DNA of 64,000 nt from Octopus vulgaris (GCA_951406725.2 OX597822.1:44144001-44208000); one strand, 5' to 3'; positions 1 through 15,300 are shown, counted from the first letter of the stretch. Numbers and translations: made by a program. The notes: generated by a model not told the origin, from the sequence alone.

Positions 1-339
1 ATACACACAGGCAGTAAAATAATACGATTATGGAGATAATAAAAGAATTTAATGGAGTTTGTTGTGTGAAATTCCTCCTTAAATTGCTGTAGAAATATTT
101 GCAAGTTTTCAAGAATTTCTATTTTTCCTTGATTATTGGCAAAGTTAAACTGGTATCCTTTGCTGTAAACAAGAATCACATAGTCTGAAGTCATTAATAT
201 AGAAATTACGTGTATTTTTTAATACATTAATTGGTTTTACTGATAGCAATATCACACTCCGTCAAATTCCTGTTGTTGTTGGACAGGGAGTCACATGTCT
301 GTCTCTGAAAATAGGTAATGATAGTGATTGTGTTGTTAG

Positions 340-480
340 GCTTGTTTTCCCTTTAGACCAAGATAGGTTTTTCCTTCTCTAATATCTTCAAGGAAGATCT
401 TTTAACATCGGACCAAATATTTAAACTATAGGGTGTATCTTGCCATATAATATTTCGTTTCATATTCTTGATTGTGAATA
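340..480 (-). mobile_element. Decayed Penelope-like element (PLE) ORF fragment
   Basis: Minus strand translates to KNMKRNIIWQDTPYSLNIWSDVKRSSLKILEK, resembling the RKRNIIWFNPPYSxNVxTxVGxxFLxLIxK linker motif of Naiad-type PLEs; ends in a stop. Confidence 0.45.
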
Positions 481-1682
481 TTAACGTGGTTAAGAATGTT
501 TTATATTTTATCTTTTAATGCATCATTAAAATATTGAACAATAAGTTCAAGCAATTTCTCATCAGAGTAAATGTAGAATATGTACATAATTATAATTTGC
601 TCATTAAATTTAATTTAATGGCTGCATTTACCATTTCTTCGATATGGAATTATTTGGACTTAGATTTGTATGTGCTGAGGTCTTTAAATTCCTTTGAATA
701 TGAGAAAAAACAACTTAAGCAACTACGTTTTTTGGTACTTTTACTTTGCAAAACAAGTAGCCAGACATAACGGAACGACCGAAATTCTACATAGAGATAT
801 TTCATTGGAAGTTTAAGATATCTTATTTTATTAATTGAAATCGTTCAGCTTCGTAACAAAATCCCATAGCTACATCAAAGACCTCCTACCCATTATGTTA
901 AACCCGAAAAGAATTATCGAAATACAACGAAGATTACTAGTTATTCGCAATGACATTAATGTCCAAATTAGAATATCACATCTACGGAATTTTATTGCTT
1001 TTAAAGAACAGATTTCGTCATTTGCAGATAGTGATCTACAATATTGATTCGCCTAAATTTTCAAACGTGCTTATTACTTACGTTATTGAACCGATTCACA
1101 ACAGAGGAACAGAAGAAATATGAACTGCTTAATGAGGAAAATAGTAGCATTTAAAGGCCTTTATATTGGTCATACTTATCTCACCTTTTCTCGAATTTAT
1201 TAATCAGCATTTCAGGTTGGTAATAAAATTATGTTTATGATCTTTAAAAGTAATGTATAGCTAATGCTATGTTGACTCATCTACACTCTCATCTGTTTTA
1301 GATTCGTAATAATTTCTCTCCCTCCAATGTTCATGACATAGAAAATACTACAATAGTTTTGACGACAAATATCATGAACATTTCGAACGTTTTGGTTTGT
1401 GCGACCATCAGGCTCTGGCTTTGCTCGAAGAAACGTGGACGTGTTTGGGGTTTTAGAATATTTGTACGAAACGCTACGAAATTTTAGATGTTTATGCAAA
1501 ACAACATGCTATATTATGAAATATTTACATTTACCAACTCACTTGAATGTTCAATTTGCACATAATGGATTCAAAATAGCATCGGTCACCAACCATTTTG
1601 GCATCACAGACTGCTTTCCTTCCGCAAACAGTGAGATCATGTGCATAGCGAAACATAATAGGGTGCATAAGATATAATTCAA

Positions 1683-1683
<1 letters not shown>

Positions 1684-1757
<74 letters not shown>

Positions 1758-1816
1758 AACACACACACAGAGACAGACAGACAGATAGATAGATAGCTAG
1801 ATAGATAGATAGATAT

Positions 1817-1886
<70 letters not shown>
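1684..1886. repeat. Compound (CA)n/(GATA)n microsatellite, representative of the many simple repeats across the window
   Basis: Directly visible; source of the IYLS/VC-type ORFs. Confidence 0.98.
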
Positions 1887-1888
1887 GA

Positions 1889-2196
1889 TGGCGCATGACT
1901 CAGTGGTTAGAATGTCGGGCTCATCATCCTGAGGTAGTGAGTTCGATTTCGGGACCGGTCTGTGTGTTGCGTTCTTGAGCATGACACTTTATCACATTGC
2001 TTCAGTTCACTCAACTGTAGAAATGAGTTGCGGCCTTTGCCGTTCTGCTGGATAACACAGGTGGCGTGGAGAATGGGGGCTGGTATGCATGGGCCACTGC
2101 TGGTCTTCCATAGACAACCTTGCCCGGACTTGTGCCTCGGAAGGTAACATCCTACATGCAATCCCATGGTCATTGATGACCGAAGTGGGTGATTAC

Positions 2197-2200
<4 letters not shown>
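1889..2200 (+). mobile_element. tRNA-derived SINE with CORE-like domain
   Basis: A-box-like TGACTCAGTGG and B-box-like GTTCGATTTC, then GTTCTTGAGCATGACACTTTATCAC...CTCAACTGTAGAAATGAG; ends in (TA)n. Confidence 0.75.
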
Positions 2201-2250
<50 letters not shown>

Positions 2251-2252
<2 letters not shown>

Positions 2253-2681
2253 CTATACTACCCACAAGGGGCTAAACACAGAGGGGACAAACAAGGACAG
2301 ACAAACGGATTAAGTCGATTACATCAACCCCAGTGCGTAACTGGTACTTAATTTATCGACCCCGAAAGGATGAAAGGCAAAGTCGACCTCGGCTGAATTT
2401 GAACCCAGAACGTAACGGCAGACGAAATACGGCTACGCATTTCGCCCGGCGTGCTAACGTTTCTGCCAGCTCGCCGCCTTATATATATATATATAGGACA
2501 GACAAACGGATTAAGTCGATTACATCGACCCCAGTGCGTAACTGATACTTATTTAATCAGCCCCGAAAGGATGAAAGGCAAAGTCGACCTCGGTGGAATT
2601 TGAACTCAGAACGTAGCGGCAGACGAAATATCGCTTAGCATTTCGCCCGACGTGCTGACGATTCTGCCAGCTAGTCGCCTT
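2251..2681 (-). mobile_element. Two tandem copies of SINE family A (GGCGAGCTGGCAGAA head; GGTCGACTTTGCCTTTCATCCTTTCGGGGTCGATAAA central domain)
   Basis: Near-identical copies at 2251-2480 and 2495-2681; the same family recurs more than ten times in the window. Confidence 0.9.
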
Positions 2682-2839
2682 TTATGTATTTATATCGTTA
2701 TAATTGGTTGAACGCATGAAAAATAATTCGTTAGGGTTGATTACGCTCCCGTGTGTCTTGATTTCAAATCTCACTCTGGTTGACATAGCCTTCCCTCTAA
2801 AACCAAGATCGATATAATACTTTCGGGATAATATAGCTT

Positions 2840-3290
2840 TCTTTTACTTGTTTCACCTGTCGGACTGCGGCCATGCTGAGGCACCTCACTGAATACTTTA
2901 TTCTAACAAGTCAACCGCAGTACTTATTATTAAAGTGTAGTATTTATTCTATCAGTCTGCTATGCTGAACCAGCAATATACAGGGATGTGCACAGACCAA
3001 CGCCGATTATCAAGAAACTGTGCAGGCCAAAAGCAAACACACACATGTGTGTATGTATATATACGTATATACACACATACATATATATAATACACATACA
3101 CACACGTACACATACATACATATACATGAATTGTTTTTACACGTTCTCCGTCTGCGAAATTTCCCCTGAAACTTTCGTCGACCCGCAAACTAAAGCAGAA
3201 ATCATATGCCCAACTATTCACGCAGTGAAACTGAACGTGGAATCCCGCAGATGCAAAGTCAGCTTCTTGACAACACAGCTATTACCTGCA
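2840..3290 (-). mobile_element. Degenerate SINE family B (tRNA head, internal microsatellite, CAGCATGGCCGCAGTC tail)
   Basis: Reverse-complement match to the copies at 5800, 14806 and 61222. Confidence 0.75.
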
Positions 3291-3779
3291 CCTATCAAAT
3301 GGATGTAAATCGCAAAAAACTTTTGCATTTAGTGCGAGCGTGTAACCGTTAGTATTGAATACTGTCTGACGTTCACTCACCAAGCACTTTGAAAATTCCG
3401 ATTTACGACGACTATAACAGCGAATGTGAATGTACGCTTACAAAAGAACATTATTGATTTCGCTAAGAACAGTATGGTATGAAGCTTCCCGTCGTTTACC
3501 CGTGAGACATTTAAAAATATTTCAAGAAACACTTCGAATTATTTCGACAAAAAAACATTAACTCTATACAGATGCTAAGGTAGCATTTGTATAGTATGTA
3601 TTCATTTTCTCTGAAATACAAAGATCGCAGATATTCTACTCCTCTTATAGAATGTTGCTTGTTCCGATATCTCTCTATATTCTGATATTGCCTTATTTTA
3701 CAGTCCAGATATACTTCGTTAAGCCTGCAGGTTTTCTGATACCATGCCGATGATTATTGAATCATAACTTAGAAGTCTT

Positions 3780-4890
3780 CCCAGTTACACCGAATAATGA
3801 TGAATATGTGATTTATTAGCTATAAATACATTCGTACCGAAAACCATCGATTTCAAAAGCATCAGTTATTTCCTGGATACTTAGTGAAATAATTTCAAAA
3901 ATAGGAGTATTTTAAGTAGATATCAGTTAAAGTTTTTACAATGTATATTTGCAATTTCTGTATCAAAATTATACTAAAATCTTACACGTAAAGATTACTC
4001 TTCATACGCCCTTTAATTTCGTCAATTATTTAGCTATAATATCAGATTTAATAACGAATGCATATTGCTCTTTTAGGAAAACAAATGATAAGTTATTCTA
4101 CAGAGACGTCGCTTTAAACAACTTGCTTGCCATTATGAATAATTTAGCGAAAATCGTTTAATATAAGGTTATATAATATTATATCTGATATAATTTTCTT
4201 CAAGAAAGTAACCCGTTATTATGGAGAACGTTTGAAACACAGCGATTTCAATGATAAAGTTAATTACATAAATAATAACGATGATAATTCTCAGAAATAA
4301 AAAAAAGGAAAGAAAAAAACAGAAAGGTAAATCTATTTGGTTTAATGCTCCGTTCAATAATAATGTGTTTACAATTATCTCCAAACATTTCTTTAACTTA
4401 GATAAATATTTTCGGAACGATCATAAATATCATAAGATTTTCTTTTTATAATAATAATGTTAAATGACGTAGGCGACTTCAACACAGTTTTGTGGCAGAA
4501 GTAAATAATTTAACTGTAGAATGTCTTAAACAACTATCTACATCCACTCCTTCCTGTTCGAGGAATTGTTTTAGCATTGTAAATTGTCCATTAAATAATT
4601 TATGTCTTTGAAAAATCGATAGTTTATTGTGCGAAAATATTTACAGCTAATGATTCTGTTCCTAAGGATTATATCTGAATGAATGAACATTCTTTTCAGT
4701 TAATATTTAATCAACATCAACATACTTTCAGCAATTCAAAAAGGTCTTTTGATACAAGTTTATCAAAGTACATCTTGACTTCGATTCATAACAGTATCAG
4801 GGACTATAATATTATTTGCAAGACATTAAAGATACGACAAACATTATAATCAGGTCACCGATGCTTGTGATCTTTGTATCTTAAACATAC
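3780..4890 (+). mobile_element. Decayed Penelope-like retroelement (Naiad-like): linker and GIY-YIG endonuclease region
   Basis: Frameshifted translation gives RKGKSIWFNAPFNNNVFTIISKHFFNL-DKYFRNDHKYHKIF, then NCPLNNLCL..KSIVYCAKI..KDYI*MNEHSF..HQHTF..DTSLSKYI, then YNQVTDACDLCI. This is the motif order WFNPP / CPLxxxCL / YIG / ELSKYIW / CxLC of PLE ORFs. Confidence 0.85.
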
Positions 4891-5799
4891 GCTCAAGATT
4901 TTAATAAAATCTTTCTTCCTCTCCGCCGAATATTTTTAAATATTTTAAATTGTCTCTCAGTTTAATGACATAGAAAACCTCCCCGTACTGTTTAACACAT
5001 TTCTATTATATTTTATAAACGTGTATCTCACAGCAAAATGTTTGGCCATCCGAAATCAGAATGTTTTTGTGGAGATATTTCAACGTGTCTACCAGACGAA
5101 AGCTGAAGAATTCCATTTAATACCTTTACAAGCTCTGATCAAATAAAATGGTTTTCTGTTATCTCTGCGCACATTCACCAGTTTGGATTTTATATATAAA
5201 TAGAAAATTCAATAATCCTTTGCTTTTATGGCTTGACCACAGATAAAACGCGAAAATTCAGGTTTAAATAAAAAGAAAACAGAATATACCATATCTCACT
5301 TCATCGTTGCATTGAGTTGCTTTTAAACTGTAGGATTGCATACACACACACACACATACACATACACACAATATAGCATTGGGGTTGATATACACATTTT
5401 TGTGTGCGTCTGTGTGTGCATGTGTGTGTAGGCAATTATGCAGATAAATGAATTAAATATAACACCTTAGGTTTGATATGCAAATATATATATTTATAGA
5501 TGTATACATGCAAACAGACAGAAAGACTGAAATGGGTGGAAGTTTTCAGACCAATGATAAACAAGTATGAATATATGGATATTTATATATTGCTAGATCG
5601 AACTTTCATAGAGTACAAACGACAGAGAAAATTAAAGGGCTGGAAGAAAGGTGTTATATGTCCAACAGCTGTTTCTGGAGTTTGGGAGATCCGTCAACAT
5701 GTCGGTAGATGTGGTCCATCAAAATATGCAGCCAGTAATGGGAGCCGATATATATTGGACACGTAAAGCCTCCGTTATCAGAGTAGAAAGAAATTTTCA

Positions 5800-5968
5800 C
5801 AGTTGTGACCGTGTGCTAAGAAACTTGCTTGTTTCCCAATCGCATGTTTCTGTTTCAGTCCCACTGCGTGGAAACTTGGGCAGGTGTCTTCTACAAGAGC
5901 CTCGGGCAGACCAAAGTTTTGTGAGTAGAATTTGTAGACGCAAACTGAAAGATATATATATATATATA

Positions 5969-6007
<39 letters not shown>

Positions 6008-6070
6008 GTGTATGTGTGTGTCTGTGTCTGTGTGTTTGTCAGTGTGTGTGAGTGTGCGTGTGTGTGTATG

Positions 6071-6148
<78 letters not shown>

Positions 6149-6150
6149 TG

Positions 6151-6201
<51 letters not shown>

Positions 6202-6420
6202 GTATGTATTTGTGTATCTCTGTTTGTCCCCCATCATCGCTTGACAACCGGTGTTGGTGTGTTTACATCTATGTAACCGAGCAGTTCGGCAAAAGTGACC
6301 GATCGAATAAGTACTAGGCTTACAAAGGATAAGACCTGGGTTCGATTTATTCTACTACAGACGCCGCTCCAGCATGGCCGCAGTCGAATGACTAAAACAA
6401 GTAAAATAATAAAATAAATA
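5800..6420 (+). mobile_element. SINE family B with internal (TA)/(TG) microsatellite
   Basis: TTGGGCAGGTGTCTTCTAC...CCTCGGGCAGACCAAAG; microsatellite; CATCGCTTGACAACCG...CAGCATGGCCGCAGTCGAATGACTAAAAC. Confidence 0.85.
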
Positions 6421-6636
6421 ATATATTCATTCGACTAAAACGTCTTTAACGCGGTGCCCCAGGATGCCCAGTAGCCTACTGACTAAACCAAGCAAACGAT
6501 ATACAAAATGCATATAGAAAGATAGATTAAGAGATAGATATCCACATACACACTCACGCACAGATACAGCAATAAACGTCATATTGTTCCCTGTGATTCG
6601 AAACACTCTTGTTTGTATTATTGTTGTTGTTGTTAA

Positions 6637-7270
6637 AGGCGCGAGCCAGCAGAATCGTTAGCACGCCGTGGGAAATGCTTATCGGCATTTCTTCTGCCTC
6701 TACGTTCTGATTTCAAATTCCGCCGTGGTCGACTTTGCCTTTCAAACTTTCGGGATCGATAAATCAAGTACCAGTTGCATACTGAGAACCAGCTAATAGA
6801 CTGGCACCCTCCCCCAAAATTTCAGGCCTTGTGCCAAGGGTAGAAAGAATTATGTTTTATTGTTGTTATTACTAAAAGTAGTGAGCTTGTAGAATCGTCA
6901 GCACGCCGGGCGAAATGCTTAGCAGTATATTGTCTGCCGTTACGTTCTGAGTTCAAATTCCGCCGAGGTCGACTTTGCCTTTCATTATTTTGGGGTCGAT
7001 TAAATAAGTACCAGTTACGCACTGGGGTCGATATAATCGATTTAATCCGTTTGTCTGTCCTTGTTCGTTCCCTCTGTGTTTAGCCCCTTTGTGGGTAGTA
7101 AAGAAATAGGTATTTCATCTGCATGTACACTCTGAGTTCAACTTCCGCCGATGTCGACTTTGCCTTTCATCCTTTCGGGTCGAGGAAATAGGTACCAGTT
7201 ACGCTCTGGTGTCGATGTAATCGACTCATGCCCACTTCCCGCAATCTGCTATCGTGGCAAAAATTTGAAA
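6637..7270 (+). mobile_element. Cluster of three SINE family A copies
   Basis: GTCGACTTTGCCTTTCA occurs at about 6728, 6968 and 7153, each with the same flanking blocks. Confidence 0.88.
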
Positions 7271-7822
7271 TAATAATTATTGCTGTTGTTGTTGTGCTGT
7301 TGTCATTATCGATGCTTGGGATCGGGTAAAACTATCTTCAGCAGACTATAATGACAGGCTCTACAGATCGTGACCACCATAACTTGAAAACAGGAATAAT
7401 GTAACTAAGACTTCCATGTACGGCACTCTGTCATGATTCGGAGTTGGTTCGCGTTGTTATTTCTAAGAGTTCGAGAAACTTAGCGGAGGGTTTTATTTCC
7501 AGCATGAGTGCAATAAAAAGTTTAAAATAACACAACACGCAATACACGCCCAGTACATACATACATACATAATACATACACACATGCCGAAAGGCAGAAC
7601 CTCATACAAAAGTACAGACGTACTCACACCACATATACACAAGGTGCACACACATGGATGATGCATGCTTATATATGCACATATATATATATATATATAC
7701 ACACACACATATATATACACACAGATATATATATATATATGCATATATATATAGATGTATGTATGAGTATATATATATTTGCATATATATGCATATATAT
7801 GCATATATATATATACCTATAT

Positions 7823-7868
<46 letters not shown>

Positions 7869-8101
7869 TCATATATGTATATGTATATATATATATATAC
7901 ATATACATAAATACATATATGCATATATCTTTATATACATATGTATAATACGATATATATATATATATATACATATTTCTATACATTTATATATATCAAT
8001 ATATATCTATACATATATATATATATCAATATATATACATACATATATATATATATGTAGGTAGGTAGATAGATAGATATAGACATGTATGTGTATATAT
8101 G

Positions 8102-8173
<72 letters not shown>

Positions 8174-8589
8174 CATACATATATACACACACCTATACAT
8201 ACATACGCATACACACATTCGTAAGTATATATATATATATATATATATATATACGTGTGCAGATACATGCACATAATCACATACTTACGCACAGACACAC
8301 AAGTTATATTCGATCACATCATGCTATAACAAAATATCGATCGGAGCCATGGTTTCGCTCCACACCAATGCTATCGATTCTAAAATCGCTTCGCAAATAC
8401 ATCTAATCTTTTACATTTCCATCTCTCATGCAATCTTTATTTCCATAATTCGCTCCTTCCATAATTTTCCACTGTAGCAGACGATATATAATTTCTAATG
8501 ATCGGCCATCTTAGCTTATTTTTTGTCTTGTTTTTTAACTTTTCTTTCATTTTCTGTAGCTTTTATTATCATTTGTTGATTTCTATATG

Positions 8590-8667
<78 letters not shown>

Positions 8668-9334
8668 GCTTTCTTTATTTCCTTCTTTTCTCTTCTATTT
8701 TGAAGGAAATATAGTTTGTTGTGCAATGTGGCATATATGTGTGTATATGTGATGTGTGTTGTGATTTTTATGTATAGTATATGCATGTATGTGAGTATAT
8801 ATTTTAGAGGCGTATAGCCTGTACGTCGTCTGTGTGTATGTAGGTGTATGTGGGTAAGTGTGTGTATTTGTTATTGTGCATTCATGTGTATGTAGTATGT
8901 CATACGTATTTTTGTAGTGCGTCGTTTGTGATACAATGATGTATGTGTTGTGAGATGCGTGTATGATGTATTATATATATATGGTAAATTAAAAGTATTG
9001 TGGAGTGTGTTTATGCGAGCGTACGAGTGTGTACATGAATGCGTTTGTGTATAGCTCTTATGATGAACATTGTGTTATGCTGTGTACGCAGGTTCAGTCG
9101 CGTATTGTTTATTGTAAGTGCATAATTTGTGATCTATAAGGACTGTATTGTAGGTTGTATGCCGTTGCGTGCGTTTTGTAGCGTGGCGTTCTCCGGTGTA
9201 TAATGTATTGTGTAAGCTGTTCGTATGTCGTAGTGTATGATATAGCTGTGTGTGTTATTTTGAGAATAGTATAGTGCTTATAACATATATGGTTCGTATT
9301 GTCTAGTATAATTTCTGGAGTGTGTGTCTAGCGC

Positions 9335-9496
9335 CAGTGACGTAGTCAGGGAGTACGGCAGCTCGTGAATTTTTTACTCCACTCCAATGCACCGAATTAT
9401 ATAAGTTTATAGAGCAGGCTCATCATTGCCGTTCACTAAAAGTGTCGCTTGGGAGGTATCGCCCCACATCGTCACACATCCCAATCTACGCTTCTG
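9335..9496. mobile_element. Possible MITE with CAGTGRCGTAG...CTACGCYWCTG termini
   Basis: Imperfect terminal inverted repeats CAGTGACGTAG / CTACGCTTCTG; no clear TSD. Confidence 0.35.
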
Positions 9497-9755
9497 TGTT
9501 GTATGCGGTACTGTTAATAATTAAGTTTTAGGGATATATGCAGAGTGAGTGAGGTGCATCGCGCGTGTATGTATGTGTGTGCGTGTGTGTACGTGTGTGT
9601 ATGCGTTTGTGTATATTCATGTGTATGTGTGTGTGGTGCTAACAATTCTGCCAGTGTGCATCCTAGGATTATAGTTTAATGTAGGTGAGCCCTGTATGTG
9701 TGTGTACGTCTGTTGTATGAATGTACTATGCCGTATCTCGTGGCCTAGATACTGC

Positions 9756-9869
<114 letters not shown>

Positions 9870-10139
9870 AACACACATTCAATCATACATGCTCACACAC
9901 ACACACCACGTGGATATACGAGTGAGTTGACAGAGGAAAGAAGAGCACTGAACACATTTTTGGTGAGTTACATGTATAGATCAAAACAGTTTGATTCAAA
10001 TTCATTGGTGCTCCGAGAGTTTCAAGCGTTCTGCTAATCTTCCATTATTTGGAGTCCGAATGACAGAAATTGATTGTTATCTACAAAAACATATCTATCT
10101 ATATATTTATCTATCTGCATGTCTGTCTGTCTGTCTTTC

Positions 10140-10211
<72 letters not shown>

Positions 10212-10240
10212 TACATAGAAAGACAGACAGACAGACATAT

Positions 10241-10359
10241 AATATTATTACAAATGTGGGATTTTACCAATAGGACCACAACTTCAATTTCAGGAAAACA
10301 TTATTCACTGGAGCACACGTAGAAAATTATATACAAAATACTAACAGACAAAAACTGCC

Positions 10360-10400
<41 letters not shown>

Positions 10401-10500
10401 TTATTACAAATTTGGGATTTTACCAATAGGACCACAACTTCAATTTCAGGAAAACATTATTCACTGGAGCACACATAGAAAATTATATACAAAATAGTAA
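10241..10500 (+). repeat. About 100-bp direct duplication separated by (TA)n
   Basis: TATTATTACAAAT(G/T)TGGGATTTTACCAATAGGACC...TATACAAAATA at about 10243 and 10398, with few mismatches. Confidence 0.9.
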
Positions 10501-10789
10501 TCTAATAATTTATTTCTAAAGCCTACTATAACATACAATGAGAATAAAGTACATTAGAATTAATCATAAATTATTTAAGCATATTTTAAAAAAATATATA
10601 CACCTTACCTGTAGGGAAAGAAGATAATATTAATCTTATTAATCCCAAATTTGTAATAGTAATATTATAATTGATACCGTTTGCTTTGCATTAGTACAGT
10701 GTAAAATAGTAAATATTCTGATAACCTGGAATAATTATTATTCCCTAAGGTTGTATATATATATATATATATATATTAATAAATAAAAA

Positions 10790-11025
10790 CATATGCATAT
10801 ATATAAACATATATGTACGTACCTACCTCTACATGTACATATACACGCATATATGAGTACAGGACACCAAAAAGACGTCGAACACAATGAGAAACGAAAA
10901 CATAGACACAAACCCAAGGAACTGGACATTTTTTTAAACAACAAAAAAATAGAGTACAGGACAATTAACACAAAGAAAAAACCCCTTCTTCAGTCGCTAT
11001 GGTTTCATCTACTCTACGTTTCGAT
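10790..11025. mobile_element. Short (TA)n-associated interspersed repeat; second copy at 32470-32715
   Basis: Shared blocks ATGTACGTACCTAC, GAGTACAGGACACC, GACGT(C/A)GAAC, AGAGTACA(G/A)GACAA and CCCCT..T.CAG in both copies. Confidence 0.75.
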
Positions 11026-11102
11026 TATGATTAATTCTAATGGACTTTATTCTTATTGTATGTTATAGTAGGCTTTAAAAATAAATTATTAGATTAGTAT
11101 TT

Positions 11103-11146
<44 letters not shown>

Positions 11147-11532
11147 CATACATATGTGTATGGATGTGTTTGTGTGTGGGGGGATATAATATGTATATAT
11201 TATGTACGTTGTGGATAAATATACATATAAAGTGAGGGTAAAATGAAAAATGAGGAGGAGGATGACGAGATTCGCTGTCGTCGTTGCTTTTTCAGGTGAT
11301 GTTGTTGTTGTCACTGTTGTTGTTGTTGTTGTGTTTGTTGTTGCCAATGTTTCCCTTACAGGCGTTTGTATGTTTCGCTATGTTTTAGTCGTTAGAATCG
11401 ATGATAGTACTATTGTTAACTTGTGTCGTTAACAATTACTGGTATAAAATCCCTAATTAACAATTTCTAACAACTGGAGGAACCATTGTTCATTTCATAT
11501 TTATTCAGTTTTAAATCTTATTTAGTTTAATA

Positions 11533-11584
<52 letters not shown>

Positions 11585-11716
11585 GCACGTGTGTGCATAT
11601 TTACGTATATATAAGCAAACGTGTTGAGGGCTTCGAATGTCCTGTCTGTGTTTGTTGTATCGTCTTCTAAGTTTTTATGCGTTCTTGTCTCAGTTTGTAT
11701 TTTTCTACATATCATA

Positions 11717-11759
<43 letters not shown>

Positions 11760-11849
11760 AATATATACATACATACAAACACACATATATATATATATAC
11801 GCCCGTATTAACATATTTACGTATAAGCAAACATTTGTGTATATTATAT

Positions 11850-11885
<36 letters not shown>

Positions 11886-12091
11886 GTATATACTGACATG
11901 CGTGTGTATATATATATGCGGGTGTGTATGCGTGTGTGTGTTTGTTTCCGATTTATCGAATTTTCATCGATTCTTTTCTTTTTTAGAATTCTGGTTTCTC
12001 TATTAATAACAGAAACACCACCATCAATTATCCCAAAGAGACACACGCGTATATAAATATACATTTCACCTATATGTATGTGTGTATATGT

Positions 12092-12144
<53 letters not shown>

Positions 12145-12206
12145 TAAGCGTACATACATTATACGTACATAATACATACATAATACAAATATATAAACGT
12201 ATATAA

Positions 12207-12247
<41 letters not shown>

Positions 12248-12544
12248 CATACATATATATACATAGATATGCCTATATATAAATGAGTGGCAGTGGATGT
12301 GTGTGTGTCGATGTGTGTATTTGTATATATGTATCCCTGCATGTCTGTGCGCAAAAGCGTTCATTTTCTCTTTTCCATTAATGACATTGCATGATTAAGG
12401 ATCTCCGAGAGCCAGGAACGTGTATCCGCTGCCTGGTGAATTTATAATCATTTAATTGTAGATTGAGCTCTATAGTCGCCATTTTTTCATATTTATATCT
12501 TTAAATATATTAATATATTTTAGACTATGTATCTATCAATATTT

Positions 12545-12610
<66 letters not shown>

Positions 12611-12782
12611 ATCTATCTATCTGTCTGCCTGTCTGTTTATATTATAAATATATATATATACATATATGTGTATATGTATATATGTATATATATGTATATA
12701 TATATATACATATATATATATACATACATTTACACATATATTCCTATGTCTGTGTATATGTATGCATACATGTACATAACTA

Positions 12783-12836
<54 letters not shown>

Positions 12837-12966
12837 TGAATACATATATATGTATATGCGTGTGTCCTTTTGTATGTATGTATGTATCTTCGTATGTATG
12901 CACGCCTGAGTGTATGTATGTATATATATATATGTGAGTGTGTGTGTGTGTGTGTGCGTATGTATG

Positions 12967-13014
<48 letters not shown>

Positions 13015-13249
13015 TGTATATATTTATGGTGGAAAGGATTAGCGAGCTATCTATAATATGTGTATATCTAAATAGCAATAAAGATTTAATGTTTGATCAT
13101 ATCAAGCCGGGAGAAATTTATGAGAGACGTGCAGCAAGGAAATGAGTGAGAGAAAGACAGACAGAGAGACAAAAAGTGTGAGTGAGAGAGAGAGAAACAG
13201 GGAGTATGAGAGAGAATGAGTGTGTGTGTGAGAGAGAGAGAGAGGGGGG

Positions 13250-13298
<49 letters not shown>

Positions 13299-13680
13299 AG
13301 CACGTGTTCGATATACGGAGACTGAAGTTTAGAGGTAACCAGCAGAAGAGAGAGACAAATAGAGTCAAAACACAGAGAGGTAGAAAGAAAGAAAGAAAGA
13401 AAGAAAGAATGGATGAATCAAAGAGAGGGAGAGAGTGAGGTTTGTGACTTAGAAAAAGAGTAACCCTCCCTCCACTCGTCGCACAAGTAAGGAGGGTAGG
13501 AGTGAAAATGTGTTGCTATTTCGAATTGTAAGGCTTGCAGTTTCTTTAGGAGATGGGATTCTTTCATTCTTACAGGAAATATCATGGCACCCTATTCGAA
13601 ATGGCTTACCAATTTCGTAACATTATAAAAACGTTGCCTGTTGCCTATTCTTGTATTATACAGGAATATGTGTGTTTATA

Positions 13681-13735
<55 letters not shown>

Positions 13736-13772
13736 CAGTATATATATATATGTGTGTGTGTGTGTCTGTATG

Positions 13773-13811
<39 letters not shown>

Positions 13812-13930
13812 TTACATATATACACACTTTATATCTTTATATGCAACATATAATCATAAATGTATATTTTAAATATAGTATGTATACCTTATATACGCAC
13901 ACAGCCAAATGCTTGTGTATATATGTACAT

Positions 13931-14031
<101 letters not shown>

Positions 14032-14634
14032 TAAATATGTGTGTGTGTACATATATAAACAAGCATATGGCTGTCTGTATATATGTGTGCATACTGACAC
14101 TATATACAGATATATACACTCATACTGCTTCTGATGCTGATGCTACTACTACTACTATTACTTCTACAATATAATTTAGGTTGCTCATTAAATTTCATCA
14201 TATTGGATCTTTGGTCTCCATTTGTGTATGTTTGTGTATGTGTTTGTGTGCGTACATTTGTTTCTCTTGTGTTCTTGCTCCATTACCATTTCTATGTGGA
14301 GCAGAATTACAAGACAGACGGCCACATGAATAGTAACGATGCCGTTTGCTGGAACCGACCAGCAAAAACCATTGCAGATGAACGGATATTAATCCAAACA
14401 GAGAAAGCCAAAGACAGAACTACTTAGCATAAATATAGAATTCCTGGCTTGGATTAGGAGAAATATCGTTCTTGTTAATAATGTATTGTGGTTTTATAGA
14501 TCTGGGAAGCGAGTGAGAGAGAGAGTGGGAGAGAGACACGGAGAGAGAGAGAGACTGAGATGAAAAGTGTGAGAATTCAGGGAGAGAGAATATATGTTTG
14601 TATATATATGTCTTTCTATGTTCCATTCATCTAT

Positions 14635-14712
<78 letters not shown>

Positions 14713-14717
14713 CTCCT

Positions 14718-14805
<88 letters not shown>

Positions 14806-14806
<1 letters not shown>

Positions 14807-14975
14807 GCGCAGGATTGGTTGTATGGTAAGTGGTAAGAAGCTTGCTTACCAGCCACATGGTTCCGGGTTCAGTTCCACTGTGTGTCATCTTGGGAAACTA
14901 TCTTCTACAATATACTCGAGCCAACCAAAGCTTTGTGAGTGGATTTGGTAGACGGAAAATTAAAAAAGCCCGTCG

Positions 14976-15019
<44 letters not shown>

Positions 15020-15300
15020 CACACACACACACAAATATATATTTTTGTCAAGCGATGGTGGGCAGAAAATTACACACACACACACCCATACACACGGAGA
15101 AACGCACACCATCGTCTGCCCACCATCGCTTGAAAACCGAGTCTGGTGCGTTTACGTCCACGTAACTTAGCGGTACGGCAAAAATATACCGATAAAATCG
15201 GTACTAGGATCACAAAGTTTAAGTCCTGCAGTCGATTTTTTGCTGAAGGCGGTGCTCCAGCATGGCTGCAGTCAAATCACTGAAATAAATGAATGAGTAT
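14806..15300 (+). mobile_element. SINE family B, near full length
   Basis: GGCGCAGG head, GGTTCCGGGTTCAG B-box region, internal (CA)n, and GGCGGTGCTCCAGCATGGCTGCAGTC tail. Confidence 0.88.

Noticed and set aside
4676-4678. In-frame TGA in the Naiad-like PLE as selenocysteine
   Set aside because: It falls at the Gly of YIG (GGA to TGA) in a copy with many other disablements; ordinary decay.
14280-14430. Complex-looking ORF end as a host exon
   Set aside because: No recognisable homology or convincing splice pair; could be an old LINE scrap.
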